A stretch of DNA of 35,639 nt from a virus (Duplodnaviria > Caudoviricetes): the IMG/VR virus record IMGVR_UViG_3300028676_000015, positions 1-35,639 of that record; one strand, 5' to 3'. Shown in pieces: positions 9,505 through 18,873 of the stretch (the first letter of the stretch is position 1; every line of letters starts with the position of its first letter). The position numbers and the translations under genes are program-made. A model generated the notes under the pieces. The model did no database searches. It saw nothing but the letters and a program-made list of their open reading frames with translations, and was not told where the DNA came from.

Positions 9505-9767
9505 GATACGCATTACGAAATCAATCGAAAATTAAAGCTCACTTCGAGCCAAACGGACAGGAGATTTTGGATAGGATATTAAAATCACTCGACAGTCATT
9601 TTAATAAATATCAAACAATAGAACTGATTGATCAGGAACCGGTGCGGTTGGACTATCCGCTACTATTTATAAACGATGAAGGGCATTCTTGTGCTATGAT
9701 AGCATTTCATGTACTCGAAATCAAATACGACATTTACAGATTGGCTTTTAAGGAGTTTATCGGCTAA
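9501..9767 (+). CDS. Hypothetical protein
   Basis: ATGA-coupled ORF. Confidence 0.65.
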   Translation: MRYALRNQSKIKAHFEPNGQEILDRILKSLDSHFNKYQTIELIDQEPVRLDYPLLFINDEGHSCAMIAFHVLEIKYDIYRLAFKEFIG

Positions 9768-9795
9768 TTAAAACAACTAATTTAATTTGAATAAA

Positions 9796-10095
9796 ATGGA
9801 AAAAATACAAGATCAATGGATAATAAAAAATCCAATTGCAGGATATGACGGATATGCTAATATGTGGTGCTGTGTAATTACAAATAATGATGGAAAAATC
9901 CTTCAACGTATCTATGGTTCGACAAAAATAGAAGCAGAATCAAACACAAGGCTAATTGCTTCCGCCCCTGAATTATTGAAGGCATGTTTATCTGCAAAAG
10001 CTATGTATGAGGCTCAGGGAATATCAGACGATAGCAGAATTGGAGGTGAACAATACAAACAAGTAAAAGAAGCAATCAAAAAAGCGACCGAGTAA
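9796..10095 (+). CDS. Phage accessory protein, IAAAPELL family
   Basis: EAESNTRLIASAPELLKA...AIKKATE. Confidence 0.65.
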   Translation: MEKIQDQWIIKNPIAGYDGYANMWCCVITNNDGKILQRIYGSTKIEAESNTRLIASAPELLKACLSAKAMYEAQGISDDSRIGGEQYKQVKEAIKKATE

Positions 10096-10106
10096 AATTC
10101 AATAGT

Positions 10107-10379
10107 ATGGCAACACCGAACAAAGAACCCACATTATTCGATGACGCATTGTCAAAGAAAAAGATAATCTGGAATCCTTATCATAGTAGGGTGGGGAAGT
10201 ACACCGATAAGAAAACAGCCAGGGCAGAGAGAGCCGAAAAAAGGGCTGATGTAGCAGAAAACAGACTCGAATATATTTCATCATGTTACACTGCTATAAG
10301 CAAATTATACTCTCGCGCAATACGGGAGATTGAGCAATTAAAAACTGAGTTAAACACTTACAAAAACAAAACAGCATGA
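10107..10379 (+). CDS. Hypothetical protein
   Basis: ORF within the operon, with a C-terminal coiled coil. Confidence 0.6.
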   Translation: MATPNKEPTLFDDALSKKKIIWNPYHSRVGKYTDKKTARAERAEKRADVAENRLEYISSCYTAISKLYSRAIREIEQLKTELNTYKNKTA

Positions 10380-10738
10380 ATTTAAAAATTATTGGAGAGC
10401 GAAAATTTAGTCCCGGAGAAGCACCATTTGATGTGTTTAATTGGAATTCTTACGAATTTGGGTTGTATGATGTTACACATTATCCCGGTTCAAAAAAAGG
10501 AGATTTAGTAGCGAAGCAAGATAGAATTTTGATGTATTGGGGAACTGATGAAAATTACCCCAATCAAGGTAAAATAGTAATATGTATGCCTTTCCCTTCT
10601 GTTTCGGTTGTTAATGCAGCAGACGAAAAGCCACAAAATACTGAAATGTACCCAGTAAATACGGGTATTGATGGTAATGTTCTTTTAAAGGCAATTGCCA
10701 TTGCACAAGACCCCAAGTTAGCACTTGAACTTATTTAA
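10376..10738 (+). CDS. Hypothetical protein
   Basis: ATGA-coupled ORF. Confidence 0.6.
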   Translation: MNLKIIGERKFSPGEAPFDVFNWNSYEFGLYDVTHYPGSKKGDLVAKQDRILMYWGTDENYPNQGKIVICMPFPSVSVVNAADEKPQNTEMYPVNTGIDGNVLLKAIAIAQDPKLALELI

Positions 10739-10751
10739 AACAAAAAAGGCA

Positions 10752-10976
10752 ATGGTGAAGATTAATGTTTCAGAAGATCAAAATTCAGTTAGAATTAATG
10801 ATAGTGAATATCATGAATTTTATGGATATAACCAATTACCAACTGGGCACATGGAAGACCCTTGTTCTAAGTGTAGTTTAAATAATTATTGTGAAATTGA
10901 GACGAAATTTCCATGTGATGATAAGCGACATGATGGTGTTTGTGGTCTATTCAAAAAAATATATACAGGAAAATAA
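10752..10976 (+). CDS. Small Cys-rich protein
   Basis: CSKC plus three further Cys residues. Confidence 0.5.
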   Translation: MVKINVSEDQNSVRINDSEYHEFYGYNQLPTGHMEDPCSKCSLNNYCEIETKFPCDDKRHDGVCGLFKKIYTGK

Positions 10977-11019
10977 ATTTAATAATTAACTAGGGCAGAA
11001 GCCCACAAAAACAAAAAAA

Positions 11020-11451
11020 ATGGACAAAATTTTAGGACAAGAGATCAAAGACGAAAAAGAACGTTTGGCATATTTCAAAGCCAACTGTCAGGGAATTGAA
11101 GAAAAAGGGTATATGAGACAATTTACCCCGGATGAAATCGATTCAAAAAAAACAGAACTTGCCGAGCTTTCAATTAAAATGAATGACATTGACATTGAGA
11201 AAAAACAAGTTATGGATGATTTTAAAGAAAGGTTAAAACCACTTGGGCAACAAGTTGGAACACTTTTGGAAAATCTCAAACAAAAAGCCGAATTTGTTAC
11301 AGAGGATACATACAAATTCATTTACGAGGAAGAACGTATGGTTGGATATTTCAACGCCGATGGTAACCTTATCGAAGCCCGTCCTATGAAGATGGAAGAA
11401 ATGCAAAAAACGATGTTTCTGCAAATTGACAAAACAGGAACAAATGATTAA
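11020..11451 (+). CDS. Hypothetical coiled-coil phage protein
   Basis: Clean ORF with an A-rich leader, paired with the next gene. Confidence 0.7.
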   Translation: MDKILGQEIKDEKERLAYFKANCQGIEEKGYMRQFTPDEIDSKKTELAELSIKMNDIDIEKKQVMDDFKERLKPLGQQVGTLLENLKQKAEFVTEDTYKFIYEEERMVGYFNADGNLIEARPMKMEEMQKTMFLQIDKTGTND

Positions 11452-11486
11452 TTAATTATTTTATAAATATTTAAATACAAAAAAAA

Positions 11487-12227
11487 ATGAAAAACGAAAA
11501 TTTAGTAGTTCAATTTCCAGAGAACTCAAACACTGCCACATTAATAATCCGTGAAGGACAGGCAAAAAAAATGTTGGACCCAAAAGAGCCGATAAAAGTA
11601 GATATAAATGGTGTTATTGGTGCCCCTTTTGAATGGCTTACAAAACGCTTAACAAGCGAACAGTTCGAACAAAAACGTTCCTTTATTTACGTTGATAGGG
11701 AAAAAATTTCAATTGAACTTATTGTAAACGAACATGATGATTATTTGCGTGGTAGCGTCCTCGGAAAGTTAGAGATGCACCCAAAATTCAAAGAGTTTGG
11801 CATTAACTCTGGCAAAGGTTGGGATGTAAATGAATTGGGTCAATTTTTCAAAATGAACCGCGTGTTTTTTGCAGACCGTTCTGCAAATATGCAATTGGTT
11901 TCTCAGCTAAAAAACTTCGTGGCTGACATAAATATCAAAGCAGAAAGAGAAAAAAACGAGAACGGTTCTTTCAAAGACAACTATAGCGGTTTGGTAAGTA
12001 CAAATTTGCCAGGTGCTTTCATGATTAATTTGCCGATTTTTAAAGGCGTTCCAGCCGAGCAGTTAGAAGTTGAATTTTATTGTTCTGTAAATGGACGACA
12101 AATCGAACTTCAATTATACTCACCCGGTGCTGTTCAATTATTGGAAGAATTACGTGACAGTGTAATTGATGCTGAAATAGCAAAATTTCGCGAATTAGCC
12201 CCCGATATAGCGATTATTGAGAAGTAG
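11487..12227 (+). CDS. Hypothetical phage protein, possibly DUF2303/YfdQ-like
   Basis: C-terminal LPGAFMINLPIFKG...EVEF pattern. The family assignment is tentative. Confidence 0.6.
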   Translation: MKNENLVVQFPENSNTATLIIREGQAKKMLDPKEPIKVDINGVIGAPFEWLTKRLTSEQFEQKRSFIYVDREKISIELIVNEHDDYLRGSVLGKLEMHPKFKEFGINSGKGWDVNELGQFFKMNRVFFADRSANMQLVSQLKNFVADINIKAEREKNENGSFKDNYSGLVSTNLPGAFMINLPIFKGVPAEQLEVEFYCSVNGRQIELQLYSPGAVQLLEELRDSVIDAEIAKFRELAPDIAIIEK

Positions 12228-12320
12228 ACGTGCATTTGTATATATTGAAATAAAACAGTCTTGATTTAAGCGATAATCAATAAGACTGGGTAATTTGATA
12301 TTATTAACTCTAAATTGTAT

Positions 12321-12361
12321 TACAAAAGTGATTACTTTGTAATCACTTTTGTATACTTTTG
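12321..12361 (+). promoter_or_regulatory. Palindromic operator and -7 promoter box of the replication operon
   Basis: Perfect 15-bp arms TACAAAAGTGATTAC-ttt-GTAATCACTTTTGTA (12321-12353), followed by TACTTTTG (12354-12361). Confidence 0.75.
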
Positions 12362-12430
12362 CAAGTACAAATGATGCTTGCGGTATTAAGCCGCTTTTTT
12401 TAAACTCTAAAAACTTTAATAATTAAAACA

Positions 12431-12592
12431 ATGAAGAATATTAAGAAAAAGGACATCGACCCTGAAAAATTAATTACGAAGGCTGAATACGCCCGAATGA
12501 TCGGTAAATCTCAAACAACCGTTCAAAATATGATTAGACGAGGCGAACTGACTATTGTAATAGCAAAGGGCGCCGAACTTATTCATTTATAA
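12431..12592 (+). CDS. 53-aa HTH DNA-binding protein (not in the ORF track)
   Basis: MKNIKKKDIDPEKLITKAEYARMIGKSQTTVQNMIRRGELTIVIAKGAELIHL, an Xis/MerR-like HTH pattern. Confidence 0.75.
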   Translation: MKNIKKKDIDPEKLITKAEYARMIGKSQTTVQNMIRRGELTIVIAKGAELIHL

Positions 12593-12595
12593 ATT

Positions 12596-13396
12596 ATGGA
12601 TGGTTGGATTAGCTTACATAGAAAGATAATTGAGAATCCAATGTATTTTTCAGAGCCGTTTACTCGAATTCAGGCTTGGATTGATATGCTTTTAATTGCA
12701 AATCACAAGGAAGGATATTTTTTTGTAAGGGGTAATAAAGTGACAGTTTCTAGGGGGCAAATAGGCATGAGTCAAGAGAATTTTGCCAAAAGATGGAAGT
12801 GGTCGAGAGGCAAGGTTTCAAGGTTCATTTTATCCCTTGAAAATGACGGACAGATAGTACAACACAAAAACAATATAACTACTTTAATATCAATATGTAA
12901 TTATAATCAATATCAAACAGACGGTACAACAGATAATACAGCAAGTAGTACAACAGACGGACATCAGACAGTACAACAGACGGACATAAACAATAATGAT
13001 AATAAGAATAATAATGATAATAAGAGAGAGGAAGACGAAAAAAATCCCTCTCAAATTTTTAAAAATGGAGATTATCAAATTCAAATTGAAAATTTAGAAT
13101 CCGAATTACTAGCTGATGAAAATTGGATTGAATCACTGGCAATGAAAAATCACTTTGATAATTCAAGCGCTGAGCTTTCAAAAAAAATTGCGCGGAAATG
13201 GGTAAAAGAATATGTCATTACCCAAAAATCTGAAAATGTCAAATCAAAGAGCCGGGCGGATGCTTTTTCGCATTGCTCCCGGTGGATTAATACACAATTG
13301 AAAAATGGAAAATCAAACACGGGGTTCAAAAAAGCAACCAATGCAGCTCAAAGAGTTGTTGCCCCAATCGGAAAGCATTCATCCGAACACTTGTAG
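12596..13396 (+). CDS. Phage replication initiator
   Basis: MDGWISLHRKI...RGQ...LENDGQI...TTLISICNY N-terminus, internal iterons, and position upstream of a DnaC-like gene. Confidence 0.85.
   Translation: MDGWISLHRKIIENPMYFSEPFTRIQAWIDMLLIANHKEGYFFVRGNKVTVSRGQIGMSQENFAKRWKWSRGKVSRFILSLENDGQIVQHKNNITTLISICNYNQYQTDGTTDNTASSTTDGHQTVQQTDINNNDNKNNNDNKREEDEKNPSQIFKNGDYQIQIENLESELLADENWIESLAMKNHFDNSSAELSKKIARKWVKEYVITQKSENVKSKSRADAFSHCSRWINTQLKNGKSNTGFKKATNAAQRVVAPIGKHSSEHL
12924..13024. repeat. Iteron array and AT-rich tract (probable phage ori)
   Basis: AGTACAACAGACGGACAT at 12947 and 12970, GTACAACAGA at 12924, then AATAATGATAATAAG at 12992 and 13010. Confidence 0.75.
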
Positions 13397-13997
13397 TAAT
13401 CCGGGTATCTGTTTAAAACGTCCAACATGCGACGCTGAAAAAGTCTATTTCGCTTTGGTTGCAGAAATGGATAATATATTGAAATCACGTGGTAAAATAT
13501 TTGAATTAAACAATGCAAATAGATACATAATTGGACAAATTGCCTTATGGTATGCCAATGACATAAGATTTGACGGAGATTTAAACAAAGGACTTTTAAT
13601 AAGGGGAACGTGTGGTACCGGGAAAACATTGTCTGTTCAGGCTTTGAATAGAATAATTTATTTAGGGCAAAAGATGCATGCAGGTTTCGTTTACAGCGTC
13701 GATTTACAACGTTTTTACGCAAATCAAGACATTGAAAGCATAGAATCTCTAAAAAAGAGGACTTATACAATTATAGACGATCTCGGGGTTGAAAGAGTAG
13801 AGGCAAAGTATTTCGGGAATGTACAAGAGCCATTTAATGACTTATTTGATTACCGATACAGGAATGAATTACTTAGTATAATAACCACTAACCTAATGCC
13901 GTCAGAGATAGAAGACAGGTATGGTATTCGGATTTTGGACAGGTTTAAAGAGACATTGAATGATTTGGTATTGGACTACGATTCATTTAGAAAATAA
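13305..13997 (+). CDS. DnaC/IstB-like helicase-loader ATPase
   Basis: GLLIRGTCGTGKT, IIDDLG, ITTNL and RYG-RILDR motifs. Confidence 0.88.
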   Translation: MENQTRGSKKQPMQLKELLPQSESIHPNTCSNPGICLKRPTCDAEKVYFALVAEMDNILKSRGKIFELNNANRYIIGQIALWYANDIRFDGDLNKGLLIRGTCGTGKTLSVQALNRIIYLGQKMHAGFVYSVDLQRFYANQDIESIESLKKRTYTIIDDLGVERVEAKYFGNVQEPFNDLFDYRYRNELLSIITTNLMPSEIEDRYGIRILDRFKETLNDLVLDYDSFRK

Positions 13998-14018
13998 ACA
14001 ACTTTAAAATACACAGAA

Positions 14019-14147
14019 ATGGACAAAGATTTAATCCCTCTAGCTATAGCAATAGCCGTATGGTCTATTATAGTTTTGGCTAGGATTATAGATATAACTG
14101 TTGTTAAAACAAATAAACGGGCTGATAGTAAAGCAAGTAACAAATAA
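14019..14147 (+). CDS. 42-aa single-TM peptide (not in the ORF track)
   Basis: MDKDLIPLAIAIAVWSIIVLARIIDITVVKTNKRADSKASNK. Confidence 0.45.
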   Translation: MDKDLIPLAIAIAVWSIIVLARIIDITVVKTNKRADSKASNK

Positions 14148-14175
14148 GTGTCAAACAAGTATAAAGCAAACGATT

Positions 14176-14592
14176 ATGACGAAAGACTTAAAGATGAACT
14201 ATAAACAGCCTGAAAAGGTGAGCAATTTAGAATCGACTGAAAAAAATAATTTCAGACCGATCGCCGAAAGATTTAAAACTATCCCGAATGTCATTTGGGA
14301 TGTGAAATGCCAGCAGTATCTAACCGATAGGCTTTCACGCATAACGTCACTGAGGAAGCAAACAAATATAAAGCTGTCAAAGGACGGCAAAAGACTTAAA
14401 CGCGGTGAATATGATTCATTGGTTGAGTTGGGAATGTGGAACCCGGTTTCAATATCCGAGGAGTTTTTATTGATAGCTCAAAAGGAATCAAAGCTATCTG
14501 GTGTAGTTCGCAGGTATGTTGAAACTCTCGTTGTTGAGGCAATGAACGAAACTATCAAGTACTACCGGAAAATAGAGGAGGGCGCGAAATGA
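14176..14592 (+). CDS. Hypothetical protein
   Basis: ATG at 14176 is in frame with track ORF 14101-14592. Confidence 0.6.
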   Translation: MTKDLKMNYKQPEKVSNLESTEKNNFRPIAERFKTIPNVIWDVKCQQYLTDRLSRITSLRKQTNIKLSKDGKRLKRGEYDSLVELGMWNPVSISEEFLLIAQKESKLSGVVRRYVETLVVEAMNETIKYYRKIEEGAK

Positions 14593-14843
14593 AATCAACT
14601 ATTATTCAAGTGATTATCATTGTGATAATTCTTTTCTTCTTGGCTCAAATCACTATATCATTTTCACCTTTCAGTATAAAATTTGGGCGCCCTTTATTCG
14701 CTATCGGATGGGTTTTAATTTGCGTTGGTATCGGATGTATTCAGTTGGACTCAGAAAGAAAAGGTAGACAGGATTTGATTAACGGAGTAAAATCTGAAAT
14801 CCAGAATATCAGCAAAATTTCAAATAAGGAGGATTTACAATGA
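14589..14843 (+). CDS. Small two-TM membrane protein
   Basis: Two hydrophobic segments; ATGA overlaps at both ends. Confidence 0.6.
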   Translation: MKSTIIQVIIIVIILFFLAQITISFSPFSIKFGRPLFAIGWVLICVGIGCIQLDSERKGRQDLINGVKSEIQNISKISNKEDLQ

Positions 14844-15403
14844 AAGATAAGAAAATTAAAACGCACGTTCTTTGGGTGTCCCCTAGGTTCCCGCACGATC
14901 ATCCAAGAAAGGGAGAGGCAACCTATTTTGTAGAGAAAATACTCATGTGTATAAATAATTACACTGAAGTTATTGTGAATCTACATGAAGATAGTCAATT
15001 TGTGATACATGATTCTAAGATTCATACTTGCCGGGAAAATTACGAAGAGTGGAAACGAAAGATTGACGAAGTAAATCGGGGCGAAGCTATTCTTTCACTC
15101 CGAATGTGGTCGGCAAGTCCTTACAACCGATTGCATGACGGTAGCCATCCGGTTGAGATTGCCCGGTTTGATAAGGATTCAGGGATAGGAGTACAAAAGC
15201 TTAATCTTTCTGATACCATGATACATGGAGCTTTAAAAAACAACGATGTTGCTTTAACTTACTCTAATGGTAATGGTGGTTTATCGTTGTCAACCATTGC
15301 GCATAATGATGGCTTATCACTCCCAGACTTTAAAGCATGGTTTCGCAAAGCAGACCTATCAAAACCGATTGCAATTATTCACTTCACTAAATTCAGATAC
15401 TAA
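14840..15403 (+). CDS. ASCH/PUA-like domain protein
   Basis: KIHTCR and IAHNDGLSLPDFKAWF resemble the ASCH K-x-T-x-R and A-x-x-DG motifs. Confidence 0.5.
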   Translation: MKDKKIKTHVLWVSPRFPHDHPRKGEATYFVEKILMCINNYTEVIVNLHEDSQFVIHDSKIHTCRENYEEWKRKIDEVNRGEAILSLRMWSASPYNRLHDGSHPVEIARFDKDSGIGVQKLNLSDTMIHGALKNNDVALTYSNGNGGLSLSTIAHNDGLSLPDFKAWFRKADLSKPIAIIHFTKFRY

Positions 15404-15404
15404 A

Positions 15405-15629
15405 ATGACAACAGAAGAAAAATGGTGTAGAAAGCTTGAAAAACTATTACGGGCAATGCCTGAAACACTAGAGTGTACAGTATGTAGTGGAACCGTTGAT
15501 ATTTATAATGCCGGTACGGAAGCGCTAGCTTTAAGAACAGATGGAGACACTGATAGAATGGACCAACTAGCTGAATTTCATCATTGCATTATTGGCGTGC
15601 GTTTCTCGGGAAGTGAAGAACGAATTTAA
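15405..15629 (+). CDS. Hypothetical protein
   Basis: ATG at 15405 directly follows the previous stop codon. Confidence 0.5.
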   Translation: MTTEEKWCRKLEKLLRAMPETLECTVCSGTVDIYNAGTEALALRTDGDTDRMDQLAEFHHCIIGVRFSGSEERI

Positions 15630-15649
15630 TATATTAAAAAGATAAGCGA

Positions 15650-15835
15650 ATGACAACATACGATATTAAACGATTAGCCTTAGTTTTAGCTGTACAGGCT
15701 GATATTGAAGGAATGAAAGTAGAGAACTTAATTAGAACATCGAACGGATTGTCTCCGGCTTACAGTGAGGACGCTTTTGATAGAAAAGCAAATGAACTTA
15801 GATATTTAGCTGATGTACATGACGAACAACTTTAA
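15650..15835 (+). CDS. Hypothetical protein
   Basis: Short ORF within the operon. Confidence 0.55.
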   Translation: MTTYDIKRLALVLAVQADIEGMKVENLIRTSNGLSPAYSEDAFDRKANELRYLADVHDEQL

Positions 15836-15838
15836 ACT

Positions 15839-15872
15839 AAAAAAAAAGAGGATGATTTGTATTCATCCTCTT
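15839..15872 (-). terminator. Intrinsic terminator
   Basis: AAGAGGATGA/TCATCCTCTT stem with an A-run on the left (U-tract on the minus strand). Confidence 0.65.
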
Positions 15873-15884
15873 AATCTAAAGTGT

Positions 15885-16076
15885 TTAAAGAAATAATAAA
15901 GGTATTATAATGTACTTAATTACTTCGATAATTGCAATTAGCTCAAATAACCAAACAAGTATCTTGGTTAATGGATTCGAATTTTCAATAACTGTGTTTT
16001 TGTTACTATTTTTCACTCCACACTTGATTTTTAGGCTAGTTTGATGCCATTTGCTTTTAAATTTTAAATTAAACAT
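15885..16076 (-). CDS. Small antisense membrane protein (moron-like)
   Basis: Basic N-terminus, hydrophobic C-terminal helix, and its own terminator. Confidence 0.45.
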   Translation of the reverse strand: MFNLKFKSKWHQTSLKIKCGVKNSNKNTVIENSNPLTKILVWLFELIAIIEVIKYIIIPLLFL

Positions 16077-16230
16077 AAAAAGTTAATTATTTTGATTATT
16101 CTGTCATGCACCATTCTGCATGTAGACATAAAGACAATTAAGTATTAACATCTCTAATGTCTGTAAATATTATAAACGAAAAAAAGTTATTTTAAATAGA
16201 TAATTAAATATTTAACACAAATAAAATACA

Positions 16231-16458
16231 ATGAGTGAAAGAAGCGGATATATAGTAAAATTCAAAGACTTTAAAGGCAATGAACGTAAGGCAGTTGCAA
16301 CGTACTCCAAGCAAACAAACGATCTTTTGAAGTCTAAAAAATTCTATGTTGAATTTATAAATGATGATTTTACACCGCAATTAAATCAGGCAACAGGTAA
16401 ACGTTTAATCGGATGCGTGTCGATGGATAAATGTGTGAATATTGGATTTATTGACTAA
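16231..16458 (+). CDS. Hypothetical protein
   Basis: ORF with an A-rich leader. Confidence 0.6.
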   Translation: MSERSGYIVKFKDFKGNERKAVATYSKQTNDLLKSKKFYVEFINDDFTPQLNQATGKRLIGCVSMDKCVNIGFID

Positions 16459-16643
16459 TGGCAAAGAAAGAACAGGTACAGCAACCAAAAGCCGATGTTA
16501 TACGGTGTGGCACTTGTCGGAATAAAGGCGAACAAGTGTACGAACTCATTTACAAATGCAAGGTTGACGGCGAACCACACCACAGCGTCGTGAATTGTAT
16601 GAACATTTTTAAATCACCAATAAAAAAGGAAACAAATGTATGA
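16458..16643 (+). CDS. Small Cys-rich protein
   Basis: CGTC...C...C; TAATG coupling. Confidence 0.55.
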   Translation: MAKKEQVQQPKADVIRCGTCRNKGEQVYELIYKCKVDGEPHHSVVNCMNIFKSPIKKETNV

Positions 16644-16848
16644 CCCATTAATTGAAATAAGACACAAATCAGGTAGCGTAACTTATGTTAGAGCTTCTGA
16701 AATAAAGGTTGTGAAAAACTGGGGTAGTGAACTTGGATTAATTTCAAGCAATATAAATTTGACCAATATCACAAATTTGAATGAAGTAGTTAAGCTTATA
16801 AATGAAATTGAGCTTCGAAATGAAGCGACAAAATTATATACAGAATGA
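16636..16848 (+). CDS. Hypothetical protein
   Basis: Overlap-coupled ORF. Confidence 0.55.
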   Translation: MYDPLIEIRHKSGSVTYVRASEIKVVKNWGSELGLISSNINLTNITNLNEVVKLINEIELRNEATKLYTE

Positions 16849-17090
16849 AAAACAAAAAAAATAATTTGAATAAGCCTGATTTGGAAATTGGTAAGGTGTA
16901 TTTTATAGAAAACGAAAGTGTTATCGTTAAACTTGCTGACTACTCAGGCTGTAGTAATTGCGCGTTTAGATACGGATGTGCTAGGTTTGTGAAGAAAAGC
17001 AAATTGAGTGATTTTTATAAACTGTGCGCCGGCTATTATCGTGCCGACAAACAAAGTGTCGTATTTGTTGAATTAAAGAGACGAAAATGA
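16845..17090 (+). CDS. Small Cys-rich protein
   Basis: CSNCAF...C...C...RADKQSVVF. Confidence 0.6.
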   Translation: MKNKKNNLNKPDLEIGKVYFIENESVIVKLADYSGCSNCAFRYGCARFVKKSKLSDFYKLCAGYYRADKQSVVFVELKRRK

Positions 17091-17515
17091 GAAGTCAAAA
17101 GAGAATCATATTCGGCATAGACACTGGTACACATACAGGGGTCGCAATATGGGATTGCAATATGAAAGAATTCAAGACTATAAAGTCTGAAAAGATACAT
17201 GAAGCAATGCAAACTCTAAACAAGTGCATTGAGGTGTTTGGTCTTGAAAACATTCATGTTCGATTTGAAGATGCACGACTTAGAAACTGGTTTGGCAAAT
17301 CAGGCAGAGAGCAACTCCAAGGGGCTGGTAGTATAAAGCGTGATTGCGTTATCTGGCAGGACTACTTAACCGATTTAAAGGTTTCATTTGAGGCTGTTGC
17401 TCCTAAAAATAACACAACAAAGCTTTCCAGTGATCAATTTAAAAAGCTCACTAAATGGCTTGGAAAAACGAATGAACATAGCCGAGATGCCGCAATGCTA
17501 GTTGTTGGCTATTAA
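17087..17515 (+). CDS. RuvC-like Holliday junction resolvase
   Basis: IFGIDTGTHTGVA, VRFED and NEHSRDAAML (RNase H-fold acidic residues). Confidence 0.75.
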   Translation: MRSQKRIIFGIDTGTHTGVAIWDCNMKEFKTIKSEKIHEAMQTLNKCIEVFGLENIHVRFEDARLRNWFGKSGREQLQGAGSIKRDCVIWQDYLTDLKVSFEAVAPKNNTTKLSSDQFKKLTKWLGKTNEHSRDAAMLVVGY

Positions 17516-17537
17516 TTAAATCCAAAAAAATTTCATT

Positions 17538-17574
17538 AAAAGTGATTACTATATAATCACTTTTCGTATTTTTG
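17538..17574 (+). promoter_or_regulatory. Palindromic operator and -7 box of the packaging operon
   Basis: AAAAGTGATTA-ctata-TAATCACTTTT (17538-17564), followed by TATTTTTG (17567-17574). Confidence 0.75.
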
Positions 17575-17605
17575 TTCCCTAAATATTCAAAAGCTCAATT
17601 AGAAC

Positions 17606-18229
17606 ATGAAAACAGAAACGGTCAAGCTATCCGAAATCAAGTTGAATTCAAACAACCCGCGGAATATCACAGACGATAAATTTCAAAGTTTAATAGCCTC
17701 ATTGCTTGTATTCCCCAAAATGTTGAGTTTACGCCCTATTGTTGTCGGTGAAAACTCTGAATCATTAGGCGGAAACATGCGATTTCGTGCTCTGTCAAAG
17801 ATTGCTGAAATGTCAGAGGATGAAATAGCAAAGATTCTGTATAAAAACATCAATTTCAATAACATGACAGATGTTGAGCGCAGCAATCTACTTGAATATT
17901 GGGCTAAATTCAGAGAGAACCCAACAGCTGAAATCGTTCGCGCGAATAACCTGACAGACCAAGAATGTAAAGAATTCATGATCAAAGACAATGTAGGTTT
18001 TGGCGAATGGAATTATGATATGCTGGCTAATGAATGGGATTCCGATGACTTGTTTGAATGGGGTCTTGACGTATGGACGGAAAACGAAAATGAAATCAAA
18101 GACGAAGATTCAAAAGGAAATAAAGTAATCTCAACACAGCTTATAGTTGAGTGTGATGAGGTTATAAAGTTATCTGGACTGTTCTCTGAGCTACAGGATA
18201 GAGGTTTTATCTGTAAATTGAAAGAGTAA
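17606..18229 (+). CDS. ParB/Srx N-terminal-domain protein
   Basis: LSEIKLNSNNPR, LRPIVV, LGGNMRFRAL and IKDN-GFGEW motifs. Confidence 0.8.
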   Translation: MKTETVKLSEIKLNSNNPRNITDDKFQSLIASLLVFPKMLSLRPIVVGENSESLGGNMRFRALSKIAEMSEDEIAKILYKNINFNNMTDVERSNLLEYWAKFRENPTAEIVRANNLTDQECKEFMIKDNVGFGEWNYDMLANEWDSDDLFEWGLDVWTENENEIKDEDSKGNKVISTQLIVECDEVIKLSGLFSELQDRGFICKLKE

Positions 18230-18873
18230 TGAGCGAAACACAGCACACCAAACAGCTTAAAATTAAGCAGGCTAGATTAGAAATAACTGCATCTATGTAC
18301 AAGCGTGGCAACAGCGTTCGCAAGATCAGGGAAGAAATAATGAAACGGCTAGACCTCGAACATCTGTCTACCCAGACAGTGCAAAAGGACATTCAATTTC
18401 TATTGAAAGAATGGAGAGAGAATAGAATTGAAGACATGGACTTAGCCCTACAACTCGAATTAGAACGCATTGACGATACCGTTAATGAACTTTGGCAACA
18501 GTGGGAAAAATCTAAACAGGATTATACCAAGATAGCCAACAAGCGAAAAGGACAGCCGCAAAAGGTACAACCGCACCCCGGTTCACTTATACGCCCGGGA
18601 GGACATGCACCCGAGGAGATAAGAACATTTATGACTGAGGAAAACAAAACTCATGTAATACGCTTGGGGGATGTTTCATATATCGCCGAAATACGGCAAC
18701 AGTTGGCGGAGCGTCGTAAGCTCCTAGGTTTATATGCTCCGGGAAAGACAGAGTTAACCGGGAAGGACGGGAAAGATTTAATGGCAACAACTCCGGTGAA
18801 TCTCGATGATTTCACACCGGAAGAAAAAGCGCAATTATTGAGAATAGCAAGATCACGTGAGCAACACAATTGA
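18229..18873 (+). CDS. terS: Terminase small subunit (putative)
   Basis: N-terminal HTH, RRKLLGL and ELTGKDG motifs; directly upstream of TerL. Confidence 0.75.
   Translation: MSETQHTKQLKIKQARLEITASMYKRGNSVRKIREEIMKRLDLEHLSTQTVQKDIQFLLKEWRENRIEDMDLALQLELERIDDTVNELWQQWEKSKQDYTKIANKRKGQPQKVQPHPGSLIRPGGHAPEEIRTFMTEENKTHVIRLGDVSYIAEIRQQLAERRKLLGLYAPGKTELTGKDGKDLMATTPVNLDDFTPEEKAQLLRIARSREQHN

Noticed and set aside
12924-13024. CRISPR or mini-array
   Set aside because: The repeats are short, nearly adjacent and inside the initiator gene, with no spacers or cas genes. They are better explained as iterons.
14610-14630. Additional GTGATTA operator copy
   Set aside because: It lacks the TAATCAC half-site and lies in Ile/Val codons of a TM segment.
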